A stretch of 64,000 nucleotides of DNA from Microthyrium microscopicum (lineage: Eukaryota): positions 3,955,119 to 4,019,118 of the forward strand of contig MU004230.1 of the NCBI GenBank assembly GCA_010405405.1, read 5' to 3'. The number at the start of each line of letters is the position of its first letter. Positions within the stretch are counted from its first letter, which is position 1. Below the pieces are notes generated by a model. It saw only the letters and a program-made list of their open reading frames with translations. It was not told the origin of the DNA and made no database searches. Positions 26,665 through 39,940 of this stretch are shown here, piece after piece. The translations under genes and the position numbers were made by a program.

Positions 26665-28136
26665 CTAATCTGTTCTCCGCTTCTTCGAATCCTTGGTGTC
26701 CTCTTCACTGCTTGGGCTGATTCTCTTTCGTGCCAAGGCCTTCTCATTTCCTTTCTTCACCTGGATGTTGCATCCCTGTAGCTTAAGTGCCCGTGTAAGA
26801 GCACTGCTTGGCCGCATACCTGGGAAATCCTTGGCGGTGTAGACCTGGAAGGGTTCGGACAAGACCTCAGTTAGGATCGGGGATGATCCACCAACACGCA
26901 AGTTCTTGTGGTCGATCCGCATAAGCACAAACCGTAGGCGATACTTGCCATGTGTTCGGCAAGACAGATCGGGGAAGCAGAAGAAGCAACCTTCGACATC
27001 ATGTTCATCTTTAGCAACGCTGGGAGATGCCACCAATTGGCCCATGAGTCGCCGCGTAGTCCGTCTATCGGGTTGGATGAGAGCAGTTTCTTCGCCAGTT
27101 CCATCGGCGTTCCAAAGGGTGCAGTGAACTACGTTCAAGGAGAATCCCAGCTCGTCTAGGTTCTCAATCTCGCCAGTGTCCTGGTGGCTGACGACTAGCT
27201 GGATGATTGGGGGTGGGTCTATCACCCGGCGGTCTCGCTCGCCAAATCCACATGCTCTTGCGGCAATCGGTTGTTGTCTAACTTTGAGCTCGTAGTTCCA
27301 TGGACTAGAATAAGGTTAGCATTTAGATGCAGAGCTTGGCGGGACATGTATTACTTTTCAGGTTCTGCCACCGGCACAGGCGCCGGAATTGGAACTGGCA
27401 TCAAGCTCTGTGGATGTGCATGGGGATGTGCGTGCGGATGATCTGCATATTGAGGTGGTGCATATGAATGAGGAGGTGGAGGAGGCGGTGGTGCAGATAT
27501 AGCCGTTTGAGGGATGGCAGGGCGATAGTGGGAAGGCGGTTGACTATATGATGGAGGATAACTTGGAGCTGGATGATAAGTGGGTGCTGGTGATGGAATT
27601 GAGTGGTATGAAGGACGTGTTTGCTCTACTGGTGACATGTAGGACTGCTCAGGATGATATGCTCTTGGCTCGTCAGCATATTTGTGAGTAGTGGGCCTGG
27701 AAGTGTGTGGTGGAGGCGGCGGTGGCGGTCTTGAATCTATGCTAGATCGTGGTGGAGACCTTTGTGGTGGTGAATATGGTTTAACTTCTGATCGGGGAGG
27801 GGTGTATGAATGTGGTGATAGAAGCTTTTCTAATGGAGCTGCCTGGCTAGAATATGAACGAGGCTGAGATCTTGGAGCCTGTGCTGGAGGTGGAGGTGGA
27901 GGGTTAGCATGAATTGAGGGTAGTTGTTGAGTTGGTGACTGTTGATATTCTGATCTCGGGCTATGCTGTGGCGGTATTGCTAATGGTGGAAGCTGTATAG
28001 GCTGAGGAAGCCTTCGATTTGGATAGTCCATGAATGATGGTCCTGCAAAACTTGGGGCGTTTTGAGTTTCCGCCATGGTTGGAGAGCCAGATGTATATGA
28101 ATGAGCGGACGAAGCCACTGGGTGAGGACGGGACAT
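26665..28136 (-). CDS. velC: Velvet-domain regulator, VelC type
   Basis: Pro-rich N-terminus; intron 27305-27354; C-terminal velvet domain YELKVRQQPIAARACGFGERDRRVIDPPPIIQL..FCFPDLSCRTHGKYRLRF..SEPFQVYTAKDFPGM. Confidence 0.88.
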
Positions 28137-31100
28137 TCGAGGTATTGTCCTTGGGATGTATGTTGACTTATTTCATTTGGACTATGGTAGCATGTGGTGA
28201 TGTTTCAGAGTAACCAGTCGATATATGGTGACAAACTATGTATGAACAAACCAAAGGAATGAAAGAAATCCCAAAGGAGGAACGAGGCGAAAGTCGCTTG
28301 CTTATAGAGTACTTTACCCTCCCTGGTCTTTGGATCGACGGGTGTGGGGTTTTCCTTCTCAGTTAAGCATTTGCCCTGATGGCCCACGTCTGTGAAAGTG
28401 TGCTGGTTTACGAACTTGTCAACAGGTTATGGAGGCTACTCTGGGATTGTATCCAGGATCTGGGAAGCGGCTGCCGAACACTGCAAGGAGCCAACGACAG
28501 ACCGTTGTCAGATTAGGTCTTGTAACAACTTACCTACATGGATTGGTGTGTTCAGGCCATGGATGCTGTGCCCGTGGTCGTTGATATTACCGCGGGATAA
28601 CCAAGGTAGACCCTCGTCGACCATGAGTGTGGAATGAGAGTTAGATGGGTCTAGGATGAGGGTCTGTGTAGTCTTTCTAATATAGCAAGGAAGTACGAGC
28701 TAATGCGCAAGACAGTAGGACAGTACCGCTGAAAGACCTATTGCAACCAGGCGGCAGGTCAAGCAGCCCGTGAGCGTTTCTGTTCTGAACCCACTCATCC
28801 CCTCCCTGTGCTGCCTTCCCACGAAGTTATGGTGTAGCCAATTGTCAATTCATCGGCAAACAAGCCTAAAGAAATTGCCCGGAAGGTATGACCATCCAAC
28901 TTCTCGTGCTCGACATGGTCAGTAAACTTGGTTGCAAAGAGGTGGGAAACAAGTTTCCCACTCTTAACTTGCTGGACCGAACAGTGAGAGCAGGCAACGC
29001 AGACCGCACACCTGGAACTGGTGCATCGGACTTTTTCAAGCTCGCAATGTACCATTGCACAGCAGGGACAAATGGATAGCAACATGCATTCAACTTCATC
29101 CTTGTCTCTTGCTTTCAATGGTTAAGATACGGGCCAGTTCTCATAGCCAGTCGGAGAGGTGTGAAAAGTTGCTGGGCATCTAGATGCTTGCCAGTCTACC
29201 AGGAAGGAAACGAGAAGGATGATTAGTGGAGGCGAGGGTTGAACCTGTGAACGAGCATATTCGCCTTGTCTATGCCTACCCACGGATTGGAGAGTGCATC
29301 TGGATCAGCAGAACTACCACCACATGGCTGCATTCGCGTGGTAGGGTTTGGCCTCGCGCCAGCGCCCGTTGGTGCCGTAGACTTGCCGTTCAGGAGTTCC
29401 AAAGTTGTCCTAGACAGATCCTCTTTGGTTCCAAAAGGAAGATGATAAAGGGAAGGGTGGAGCTAAGCGGCCTCGACTCTACCAAGTAGGGATGTCACAA
29501 CTGGCAGCGGTGCCAGCCATTCAAGTGCCTGATGCAAGCCCCATTATCAGACATGCTGAACCTCAGGCCCGCCAGTTCTGGTTAAGAGGTACATGAAAGC
29601 AGTGCGGCCCCTCGGCCGTGGCGCACACTATGCTGCGTAGGGTTTTGATGCACATGGCGGACAGGGTTTTGCGACTTGTCAATCTGCAAGTTGTGTGAAT
29701 CTGCAATTTGGCGTGCAGCAGCCCTGTCCGGTTGCTGACAGTTGAATTGGTGGTCTATGGTCCATGGATGGTGAAGCCCGTCACGTTGGATGAAGTAAAA
29801 GATGCGGATTGGGCCAAGACGAGATTTTTGGCAGCACATGCATGCAGCTTGGCTTGAGCAGACGTTGCAGCCGGGTCGGTCCAGGATCTCTACCAGCCAT
29901 TTGTGCAACAAATAAATGAATAAAGTGCATTTTCTGGTTGAGTGAAGTGGAGAATGACACCTCAATTGGCCCATGTAAAGTTACTTTGGTTACAGTCAAC
30001 ATCGCTCTTTTCTAGCGATTTGAACCACCAATACCTGCAAGGAAGGTTGGTTCACAGCCAGTTCGGAGGTACAGGTGGATCAACCGTAGCGCAGAGGAGC
30101 TTTTGCTGCACAAACCGAAACAAATTCTGCGTGCAAGACCCTTGTGCTGCATTCGGAGATACTCCTAGTGGCGAGATTGCCAGCAGCAGTAGTCCTCGCA
30201 ATTGTCACATCAGTCCGCCGGTAGACGTCTAGACATGGTTTAGCATGACGACCGAGTTACAGCCTCTATGCATCTCCTGCTGCTCCATAAAAGCCACTTT
30301 CGCGTGGCTCCAGGATTTTGTTCCTTCTTCAGCAACACAGCATGTTCCATTGTTCAGCATGGGCAGTTGAGCATGGCATGGCGCTGGGCCGCTGGCCAAG
30401 CACCCCTATCCTATTTATCAGAAGCTAGATTGAGGTACAACAGCTATGGATGTCATGGTTCAGCACTAACGATTTGGGCAGTCGTATAAGCCCTCAAATA
30501 AATCGGGTAATGGCTGCGTGGGTGTGACGAACCAGATATTTGGATGAATACTCGCTGGGACTCATCCAATGCTTTGCGAGCATCGTCACGCGCCCGAAAA
30601 TCGCAGAATGGCAGTGGTCAAGCAGATGGCGTGTTTGAGGTACAGAAGCAATAGCCAATCTGTACATCGTTAAGCAGCAGGCACAGAAATGGCTGTCTAG
30701 GGTTCGTTGCTGGTACTGTGTGCTGCTGTTCTCCAACTTGGTCAGCGTCCATGTGCACAAGCGTCTTTGTACAGCGCCCAAGACTGTCTCCACTGCCTGC
30801 CCTGGTGGGAGAATAAGGTAACTGTCACTAATTTGGTGACACAAGGCGCTCTGGAATCCAACATGGACAGTTGCAGAAACGACATATAAGCCAGAAAGGG
30901 TAGTCAGAGGAGGCGGAGCAATGGAGCCGTGGAACCGATGTTGACCAAAGTTCCAAACTCAGATCAACCGCTCCGTGGATGGCCGATGGAGAATCATAAT
31001 TGATCCACCAGTTTGCGCGGCTGCGCTAGAACCGTCGAGAAGAAGGTAATTTGTCCTGACACGCTCGTCTTGAGCTGTGAGTGGACGGAGGCGCTTGGTC

Positions 31101-34100
31101 AGTCCTGCCCTGCTTCGATACTTAATGTATTATGGCTCCGGCTTCCCGCCCGTGCTTCAGCTTCGACCCCAAATCTTGGGGATGGTAAAGTCGTTTTAAT
31201 TGCAAAGCAATATTTGATTTCCCAGGCCAGGTCAAGGCGGTCATAGAGCAAAGTACCCACTATAGAACCAAAAGCTGGATTGGAAGTCTTGGTTGCGATG
31301 CCGACGGCCAAATGACAGCGAGCTTTCCATCTGCTGTCCATCTCAGCAATCAATTCCTCATAGTTATCAAACCTGCTATCTTGGCTGCATCAGCCTGAGA
31401 GTATCGTCAGACAATCCTACATCGGTTGAACGTCGCAATCGATTGGGAAGCTGAAGGATTGATGACCAACACAAGATCTAGAATATGGATAAGACATCTG
31501 CCCAGCCACCCAATTATCCCCGATGTGGGTTTGTCTTATCATTTCCCGATCTGTCGACTGCAAGCCCAGTTCTAACTTCACTTCTTCCTCTGACTTGCTT
31601 ACTGCTTCATTCTCTATGCTCTGTCCATATCTCAATGCCACTTAGAAACACTGTCAGAGTCTTACCGACTGGTACCTACCTGTTCTGCAGGAGCAGGCTT
31701 ACCTTGCCATCATCTTCAAGGTGGAGATTTCCGCTGCCTGAGTCAGGAGTCAGAGCCGGTTTCTGGATCGTCTTCAATAGATTAACTCACCCAGGCTGAT
31801 GGAAAGCAACCAACTACTTACCACCGCGATTTGGTCACCATCCAATAGCATTTCTATGACAAACCCTTCTCTCACACCTCCCTGCCTCCATCGATCCTGG
31901 GTTTTGTCTACTTGTCCGAGCTCTCAATACCTTGTCAATATCCAGTCCGAAGCCCCGTCGCGAATACCAATCTTTTGGATGTTCAATTTCGATCCTTGTC
32001 GAACAGTGGTCAATCTCTTAATCTAAACCTGAGTCGTTTGTTCGCCATTCCCCGGATACTGGGGCCCGCTTGCAACGTCTACTGAGTGAGTATCAAGCCC
32101 TTGCTTTCCTCTTTAAATCCCCGGAGCCTGGTGAGTAGTAAAATCTATCCACTTTGCGTCCTCGCTCGTGACTGAAGTTTGACTCCGCACCGCTCATATT
32201 TACAAATGAACCCGCCCCGGATGTTTTCATAGCGTCACTTTCTTACGAGCGAGGACGTCATTGATGCTTTGGATTGAATACTACTGACCAAGGCCTGGCT
32301 CGTTTCAACAAGTTCGGGAACTATAGTCAAGACTCTGTGATGTTTGAAAGAAAGAGATCAGATAGAGCGAAAACTTTACAGAGATACAAAGGTGGGCACA
32401 CTGCTCGAGTGAATTTCGACAATCAGTGGTATCATCACTTCTTTGATTGTTGGTTTCCGCATATTGAGGCTGATATAAGAGGCTCTGTGGGCTGATTCGA
32501 GAGAACCATTTCGTGTTTGAATGACGATCCTTATCGGTTTCCAATGTCACCGATTCTTATTTCCCTCGAAATGCAGATAGAAACCCTCGAATTACCGCAC
32601 TGCGAGGTCAATCCCCGCACTCCGTCTTCTTCCTGGCGTCGATCTCGAATTTGTCTACAAGAACTACTCTACAATTATTGGGAGAAATCGTTCTAGAAAC
32701 CTTCCTGTTTGGGCTCATATTGGGGTTACATCTTCGAGGAGCGTGCTCATATTAATGATCGTGGAATATCTTGGTTTGCAATTTGGTCCAGCAGCCAGTA
32801 AATACCTTGAGCCCTCTCAAATCCCTACACTTATTAGATCCAAGACCCTTGTATTGACCCGGTGTGGCAGGTCGATACATCAAGCTCTCCTTCCCTGTAC
32901 ACATCTATCGGGGTTATGAATATTTCAGCCAGAGAATGTTTCCTTTCACTGGTAGCACGCTCATTTCCACTTGTCGGTTAGTGCATACCTGTATTCGGGT
33001 CCAACGATGGGCAGTACGGCAGTCCACGAGGATTACATTCTTTATCTTCGAGTGGAGGGTAAGCTCGATAAAGGATTGGGTTTCCGTCCTGAGTCTATCT
33101 CTCTACTCACTTAGGCACCGATCGCGGCAAGATTTGTAGTCCAACGCAATCTTCTCAATATGCACTATCACAAGTTATTGTGTTTTATGGGGCTCTAGGT
33201 AACTTCAATGTCATGTCGGTCTGGCGATCATCAAAGCAAATTAGTGGCTTATACACTGATTTAATAAAATGCGCCAAATACAGAGATGAACGAGCCTATC
33301 AGCCTTCTGCAGATATTTCATATATCTTCCATATCTTCCATTAACCACATAGAATATAATGTGTAGAATGACTTGAGAAGAGCGATCTCCTACGATCCTG
33401 GCGTGATTATCTCACGCCATCCACACCTCAACCCAACCTTGCACTTATGCATGGTCGAGCCAGCGTGGCAAACGAAAAATCTCCGAGCCTGATCAACAGC
33501 CCGGTATGTGGTTGGTGTTGTTACCTTGCTTTCCTCTACCCTTGCAGATGCAGCAGGCAGCTTCACTTGCAGCTGTCAGTTGCAAGGAACCACGCGAGCC
33601 AGGGGATCGTTCATCGTATGAGAACTTGTGACGTGAGGTGCCAGACCTTCGCTTGGGAGGTTGGTTGAGATATCCACACCTTCTTGCTAGGCCTCCTAGT
33701 ATCTTGCTTTACACGTATCTTGACCTGCCAGGTTCTCGGTCCTGGGATCATCTCTAGCTTCTTGTATCCTGGCTTTTTACCATGAGCTTTTCGGGGAGGC
33801 GGTATGTCGCTTGGAGGGCCCTTGAACTCAGCTGGGGTGCAATATCTTTTATGCAGCCTTTGAAAAGCGATGCAGTCGCTTAGGATTGATGATATCTGCC
33901 GATCGCCAATCCTCGCTTTGCGTATCGCCATTAGCGGGAAGAATGAGAAGAGGTGTGCATCTTCCCCATGCTCAATTCTCTGATAATCCTTTCACTCGGG
34001 AGAGTTCTCCTATCGAAGGATAGTCTAATGCATCTTGGACTGCTCATGAACATAATCAGCGCTTTATCCGCCAAATCATTAAATTGATAGCAAGCATCAT

Positions 34101-36598
34101 CATACATTAGACACACTTGTGAAAAATGTTCCGGCAAGCGGTAGATCAGGGAGATGGCAATGTTTTCAATCAGCTGTCATTATTGCTACCGTCCAGCCGC
34201 CATATCCAATTACCCGGGTTACTGGTGAAATCAATTATTCCTGATCTACGAACAAAGGAAGTGATGACTGCTTTGGTAGCATTATTAATGCTCAGCCAGG
34301 TTTACGGAAATAGGCGTTCTCATATAGGCTGAGGTGATCTTATATAGTATTATAGTATAGGTACGCGTATAGAGCATGTCAGATTGATGTTCTTTGTGTG
34401 TTTTACCAGGTTCGACAGCATATTCTCAGCTCAGCAGCCGAAACCCAGTGTTCCCCTTTTCAAAGCCAGTATTCTCCTGTCCATATTTGGTGTTGTGATA
34501 ATGTAGATCTTACTGTGAAGTTAGAGATCGCATATATGATAATTGTCCTTGCCCCCAAATCTTGCGCCGATAGTAGTTCATGATTCGGAAATCGGTAGCA
34601 CCTACCGACGATCTTTTCTTCATATAGGTACGGACGCGGAGCCCCGTTGTGCGTATTTTTGGTAGTGTTTAATCAGCTTCAGGGATAGAATATGGTAGAT
34701 ACGAAGGATAGTATATGGAGGATGTTTATTGTGGTTAGGGGAATATCTACAGACCAAAGCGCGAGCACACGGAGACTTTCATCTTACTATACTATGGGTC
34801 TCCCTAACGTAATTGATTAAGAAGTTCTCGTGCTTTCAAGCTCAAGCCCAATGCCAATGTGCGAGGTTCAAAGTAAAAGAGATCATGCTCGTCGGGAATA
34901 AGAATGTACTCTACGCGAAAATTGAGGACCGGAAGACGGGAACCTGCTCATATATCGCTGGTTATAAAGCTTGGAGGGCAATTACAATATTCAGCGCCAT
35001 TCGACAGATTTTGAATGAGAAACCAGGTGAGCTGAGCAAGTTCTTCGTATTGAAGAACCCGATTGATCCGATATAGGGAAAAGACTCGATGGTTAAAGGT
35101 GCGCACTCGTATGGTAAGTCAATAGGAGGAGAGAAACCAGTTTAGGATCACATTTCCATGACGATTTTCACAATGGGGCTCGGAACTTGCCATTTACCTT
35201 GAATGTTCAATGTTTGATGAGTGCCGGATTTGTTGTCTCAATCCGTGACAGGACTGCGGAGCTGTCAGCGCTAAGATCACGCACTGCTTCGGCGACTTTA
35301 TGCATTCCTGGTTCTACGGCGTCCCGGCGAATTTTTTGGTGACATTCCCAGACAACGCAGATGGGACAGGATGGTATTTGCAAAGGTTTGCGGACCTGAG
35401 GTTGGAGCGAAGATTGAATGCAGGACTTGGCCGTGTGATGATTGGGGGAGGTTTTGACGGTCGGCTGTGCCGTTGCCTCCCACCAAGAACGACGCGTCTC
35501 TTCAGAAGTTCAGCTTGATCTTTGGTCTTGGCCACCATCTCTTCATGCCTGAACTTTGCTTCAACTCTGTTGTTTTCCTCGTCGGGGCCAAAATGTATTG
35601 CTATCGCGCAGATAGCCCGGTACTGAGTGGCAATAGTCGCGATGATCAGAAGCCAGTCTTGACCAGTGCCACGACTTACCGCCCGGACGCCCCATTTGGA
35701 GTTGTGAGGAAACGGCTTTTGGAGTTGCAAGCCCAATTCGCCCTCATTGCGAACAAACCAACAATATGTTGCAGGCCTGTCTGCACAAGGTAAGGTTCCA
35801 TGGGCGTCAAACGACGCTCAAGGAGAGAGTAGACTGACCAACAGTGCCACGTTGAGGGTGCAGATTGTTGGTTTATGAATGCTCGCTTTCTGTGTGGATG
35901 CTTGAACTTTGAACGGTCTATCGACTACAACGGAGTATCGCTGAGAGAGACAACGACGCAGCAGCGACGAGGCAACCAACAGTTGATAGTTCCAATCGCA
36001 CCGTCGAAGCCTTTGCCCATTTCTCTCTTCTGGGCTCAACTATCTGCAGCCCTTCGGAAGAAGGAGCGAGAGGCGTCAAGCTCTTAGCGGACGTGCGACA
36101 AAAAATTGCCTTGGTTGGCGCGTGAGCGGCCTTAGTGCGATACCTTTTCAGCTGTGCAATGCTGCTTTTGAGCCACGAGTACACGACTTGTGCTCTTATG
36201 AGACACGAATCTAGATTGTTTAGGACTGAACAAGTAACCCAAGTATATATACTGCTTAAGCCCACCTGAAATATGAGGATTGCTATTAATCCAAACACCA
36301 CCACGATAGAGTAGTAACAGAAGAAAATACAACACGCATCCCTATCGTCTCCGCTCGTAAGCTGCCAGATTGTTCATGTCCTTACTCTCAAAACTAATCG
36401 TTATTTCCAGTTTGGGTAATTATAGACGAACAGCATCGGCCCATCGCCGAATATCCATGAGCAATCGAGTTTGCCCAGTTTGTGTGCGACCTTGATCGTG
36501 TGAGACGATCGCCTTTTGTCGCTAAAACTCCTCCCTGGCGAAACCATCTTGATGACCTGCTCCTCCATACCAAATCGCCACCCGAACGGAAACCAACT

Positions 36599-37300
36599 AT
36601 GCGACGTCGAGGCCCTGTCATTGACTATTGCTTGAGTGGGATCAACGTTCCTGTGGAAAGAATTCCTCGACACAATGATTCTTTTACACTAGCAGCCCAG
36701 CCACGGACTGATCTCTGGCGCAAATCTCCTGGACAAGACACTTCTACGGCCCCAGCACTCTTTGCTTCGCTGCGTTTTCCGTTTGCGTCGGCCGAAGTCA
36801 CGGTTGACGCGAAATGGGCGCTGGAATGGGACCAAGCAGGTCTCGTTATCTTTACAGGAGCACCACCGGGGCGCATCGTGGATTGCAATAATCAGGTGCA
36901 GGATGAGCAGCCGCCGCCATATACAGCACCACCCAAATGGGCCAAGGTCGGCCTGGAATTGAACAACAACATTCTGCACGCATCTTCGGCTGTGGCGAAT
37001 GCCGAAGGGACGGATTGGTGTCTGACAGCGCTTCCCAGTCACCTTTCGCAACGAGGTTTCCTTCGGATCAGATTAGAGCGTATCGGCCGGGCGCTTTGGA
37101 TGTACTACGAGGACGACTTTACTGGATGGAGAAAGTTTCGAGAGTTGACCGGCTTTTTCTGTGGAGTAGAAGACAAATTTGTCAAAGTCGGAGTTTATGC
37201 GTCACGACCAGCGAGTGTTACGACTTCCTACAGCGGACGAGAGCTTGACGAAATGGATCGAAGTTTGGTTGTGGAGTTTGAGGATCTTCTCATTTTTTGA
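36599..37300 (+). CDS. DUF1349 (Ree1-like) concanavalin-fold protein
   Basis: TDLWR, WDQAGLVIF, WAKVGLE and VGVYASRP motifs; first in-frame ATG at 36599. Confidence 0.82.
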   Translation: MRRRGPVIDYCLSGINVPVERIPRHNDSFTLAAQPRTDLWRKSPGQDTSTAPALFASLRFPFASAEVTVDAKWALEWDQAGLVIFTGAPPGRIVDCNNQVQDEQPPPYTAPPKWAKVGLELNNNILHASSAVANAEGTDWCLTALPSHLSQRGFLRIRLERIGRALWMYYEDDFTGWRKFRELTGFFCGVEDKFVKVGVYASRPASVTTSYSGRELDEMDRSLVVEFEDLLIF

Positions 37301-37748
37301 AAATGCCTGGTTATTTTAGCGAACCATTACGCCTGAACGACCTGACGTATTGTTGCAAGCGGCTGAACAACAGCAAGCCGGTTGCTATACCTTAAGCTTG
37401 AACTATTAATTTTAAGTTGATGTGGTAGATTTACTTTCTTGGAGGGTAGGACCACAAATATACAGTCCTGGGAGAATGATTACGGACATATGCGGTATTT
37501 GCAATCTCGGGTGAAAGAGGTCCTCTTCAATTCGAAATATGAAGATTATCATTTATCATTTGGATATTGATGTTGATGTACACTATTGAACATAACCCAA
37601 AATCAGAAACAGAGATGATTTCCCCCAACGCATTTCACTCTACGCTACAGGCGTATATCGCACTGATTCCTCCATGTTCTGAGCTGGGTATATACATTGA
37701 AAAGCTCCAGAATCGTTGAACGCCCGAAAACTCCAAAAAAAGATGCAA

Positions 37749-39940
37749 TCATCGCAGACCGCCAACGGTAACGGCCTTGGTCGCTAGTATTTCAATACGA
37801 TCCATATACATGGCCATGGTATGACAGGCTGGATCGCCAAAAACAACTTCTCTCAAGATCTCATCGCTAACGGTAACGGCTTCAATATCATCAGGTCCGT
37901 ACCCTTGGAATTTTGGCCTGAGTAGAATGACACGACCCCCAAGGCTGAGGGTCGCGTTTGGTATTGGCCATACTGGTTGACTCGGTGTATATGAGTCCGG
38001 AGACCAAGTCGATGGTTTCGTCCACTTGAAATGGGATTTTGATTGTGAACGTAGATCCGAATTCGATGGAGCAGGAGTGGCATAGAGCTTGAGCAGACTA
38101 GTGACGATCTGCTTGTCTGCACGCGCGACTGGGTCTCCTTCATTGACGAACGTGAAAAAGAGACTCTTCCTGTTTTGCCTCGAACGAGGAGTTGTGAGAG
38201 GCAGTAGAGACACTGGTGGTGTGCCAAAAGTGACACAATGTACTCTCTTGAAGAATCCAGTAAGATATGTAAGCTCACTTTCTTTCTTAGAAAGCATGTG
38301 AGCATATAAAAGCTGAGCAACAGCTCCTCCAGCCGAATGTCCGGTAATGAGAAGACTGGAGGCACTCCTGCCCGGATTTTCTGCTAGCAAGGTGCGTAAT
38401 CGAGCCGCGACTGATTTGACCATTCCTTTGGCAATGCTTAGGAAGCCCTTGTACGATGTTAGAAGAGGTTTTTTTGGAAGCGAAATAACATACCGCATGA
38501 CATAGATTTCCAGGATCATCAAGGAAACCTTCGGGGGATGATGGAGCGGGTCTAAAATTGACTGCCCAGTCTAAGAAAGAGGATGAGCCGCGGATGGCGA
38601 ACACAATTGTGTTCATGTCATCAATTGGTAGAGATTTAAGGGTCATGGCCTTGGTTCTATGCCAGATAGAAGCCTTGATATGATCTTGCCGTTCTGAGGA
38701 TGATGGTTTATCGTAAACCTGGAACGAGTATCTCGCAGCCAGGCAAAGAAGAGGATATGTTGCCATGTACACCTTCAATGGAGGAAGATATGGCGGTAAT
38801 CTCGAGTTGGCGTAGAGCCATACTTTAGAAAACGAAGTTGATTGAACTCCGTGTCCACCGGCAGCCTTTACAAGGTTCCTCGTCGCAACGCATGGTCCAG
38901 TAGTTCTTTGCAGACCACTTGCTTGTTGATTCGGATCTATTCAGTATATTAGCGGATGATATGAAGATAGAGCTTCGGCTCTGAGTGTGTTTGAGCCAAT
39001 CATTGCATATATCGAAGCTTGCTAAGAAGGGCGATACATCTGCGGATGCGCCGGAGCTAGATCCCGCGGAACGCATCCATTGTATGAGGCAAGCTAGAGC
39101 TGAAAGCTTGTTCCACTCTGTATAATCAACAAATCTGATGTAGTTTGCATGGAAATTCAATATCAAATTAGGGATATTGTTGACATGCCAACGTGTTTGG
39201 GACCGGGCTGTAATCTTAATTTCAAGGTACGTACCGATGACTTGTTCTCCACCAAATATTTCGCAGTCAATCTCATTGATCACATCATTTAAGCGTGTTG
39301 AGATTCGGTCATAAAATACACCATTCTGGCTGGCAATTGTATCCAGATTTGTAACGGAATCGGCGGCCGCGTGGAGTTGGCCCACAAGGGACGAGGCTCC
39401 CACATTATTTCTCGAAGCTGCCGCAACTCGAGAGTACCTGGTAGTCGGATATCCAGGGCTTAGGAGATCTGTATTCGACCGCCACGGCTCGTTCGCCGCC
39501 ATTTCGTACGCATAAGGTGGTGGAGAACCCGATGAAGAGAGAGCTGAAGACGAGTATACTGGAGGAGTAGGTGCTGGGCAGCTGTTTGTTCTGGTGGTAT
39601 TTACAGCGAGTGGAGTGACAGAAGTAGGGAGAGAAGCGCGTTGAGGGCGCTGGGGCCTGGATGACGAGCGAATTCTGGGGCTTGGTCTGTGGGATTGTCT
39701 GTGCTGAGATGAGGCGCGAGGCTGTCGAGTGGTAGTATTTATGTTAGGCTGAAGCTGTTGCATCTGCGGTTGAATATCTGGAAGAAGAGGGATGGGATAG
39801 TAGGCGACGCTTGGAGGATAGTACTGGTGGCTTGGTGGTAAGGTTGGCCTCGTGGCTTCAGGGTGTCCATCTGGACTCCATAATCGCAGTCCGTACCCAG
39901 AAGAGCCGGACCATCTTTTTCTCTTTCCTGCACCACCCAT
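37749..39940 (-). CDS. Lipase class 3 family protein with low-complexity N-terminus
   Basis: WLYANSRLPP, IVFAIRGS, HA|GFL, ITGHSAGGAVA, CVTFGTPP and NEGDPV; predicted introns 38937-39234 and ~38449-38493. Confidence 0.88.

Noticed and set aside
38825..39234. ORF reading through the lipase intron
   Set aside because: The 298-nt intron with good splice signals restores the conserved WLYANSRLPP frame; the read-through peptide is not recognisable.
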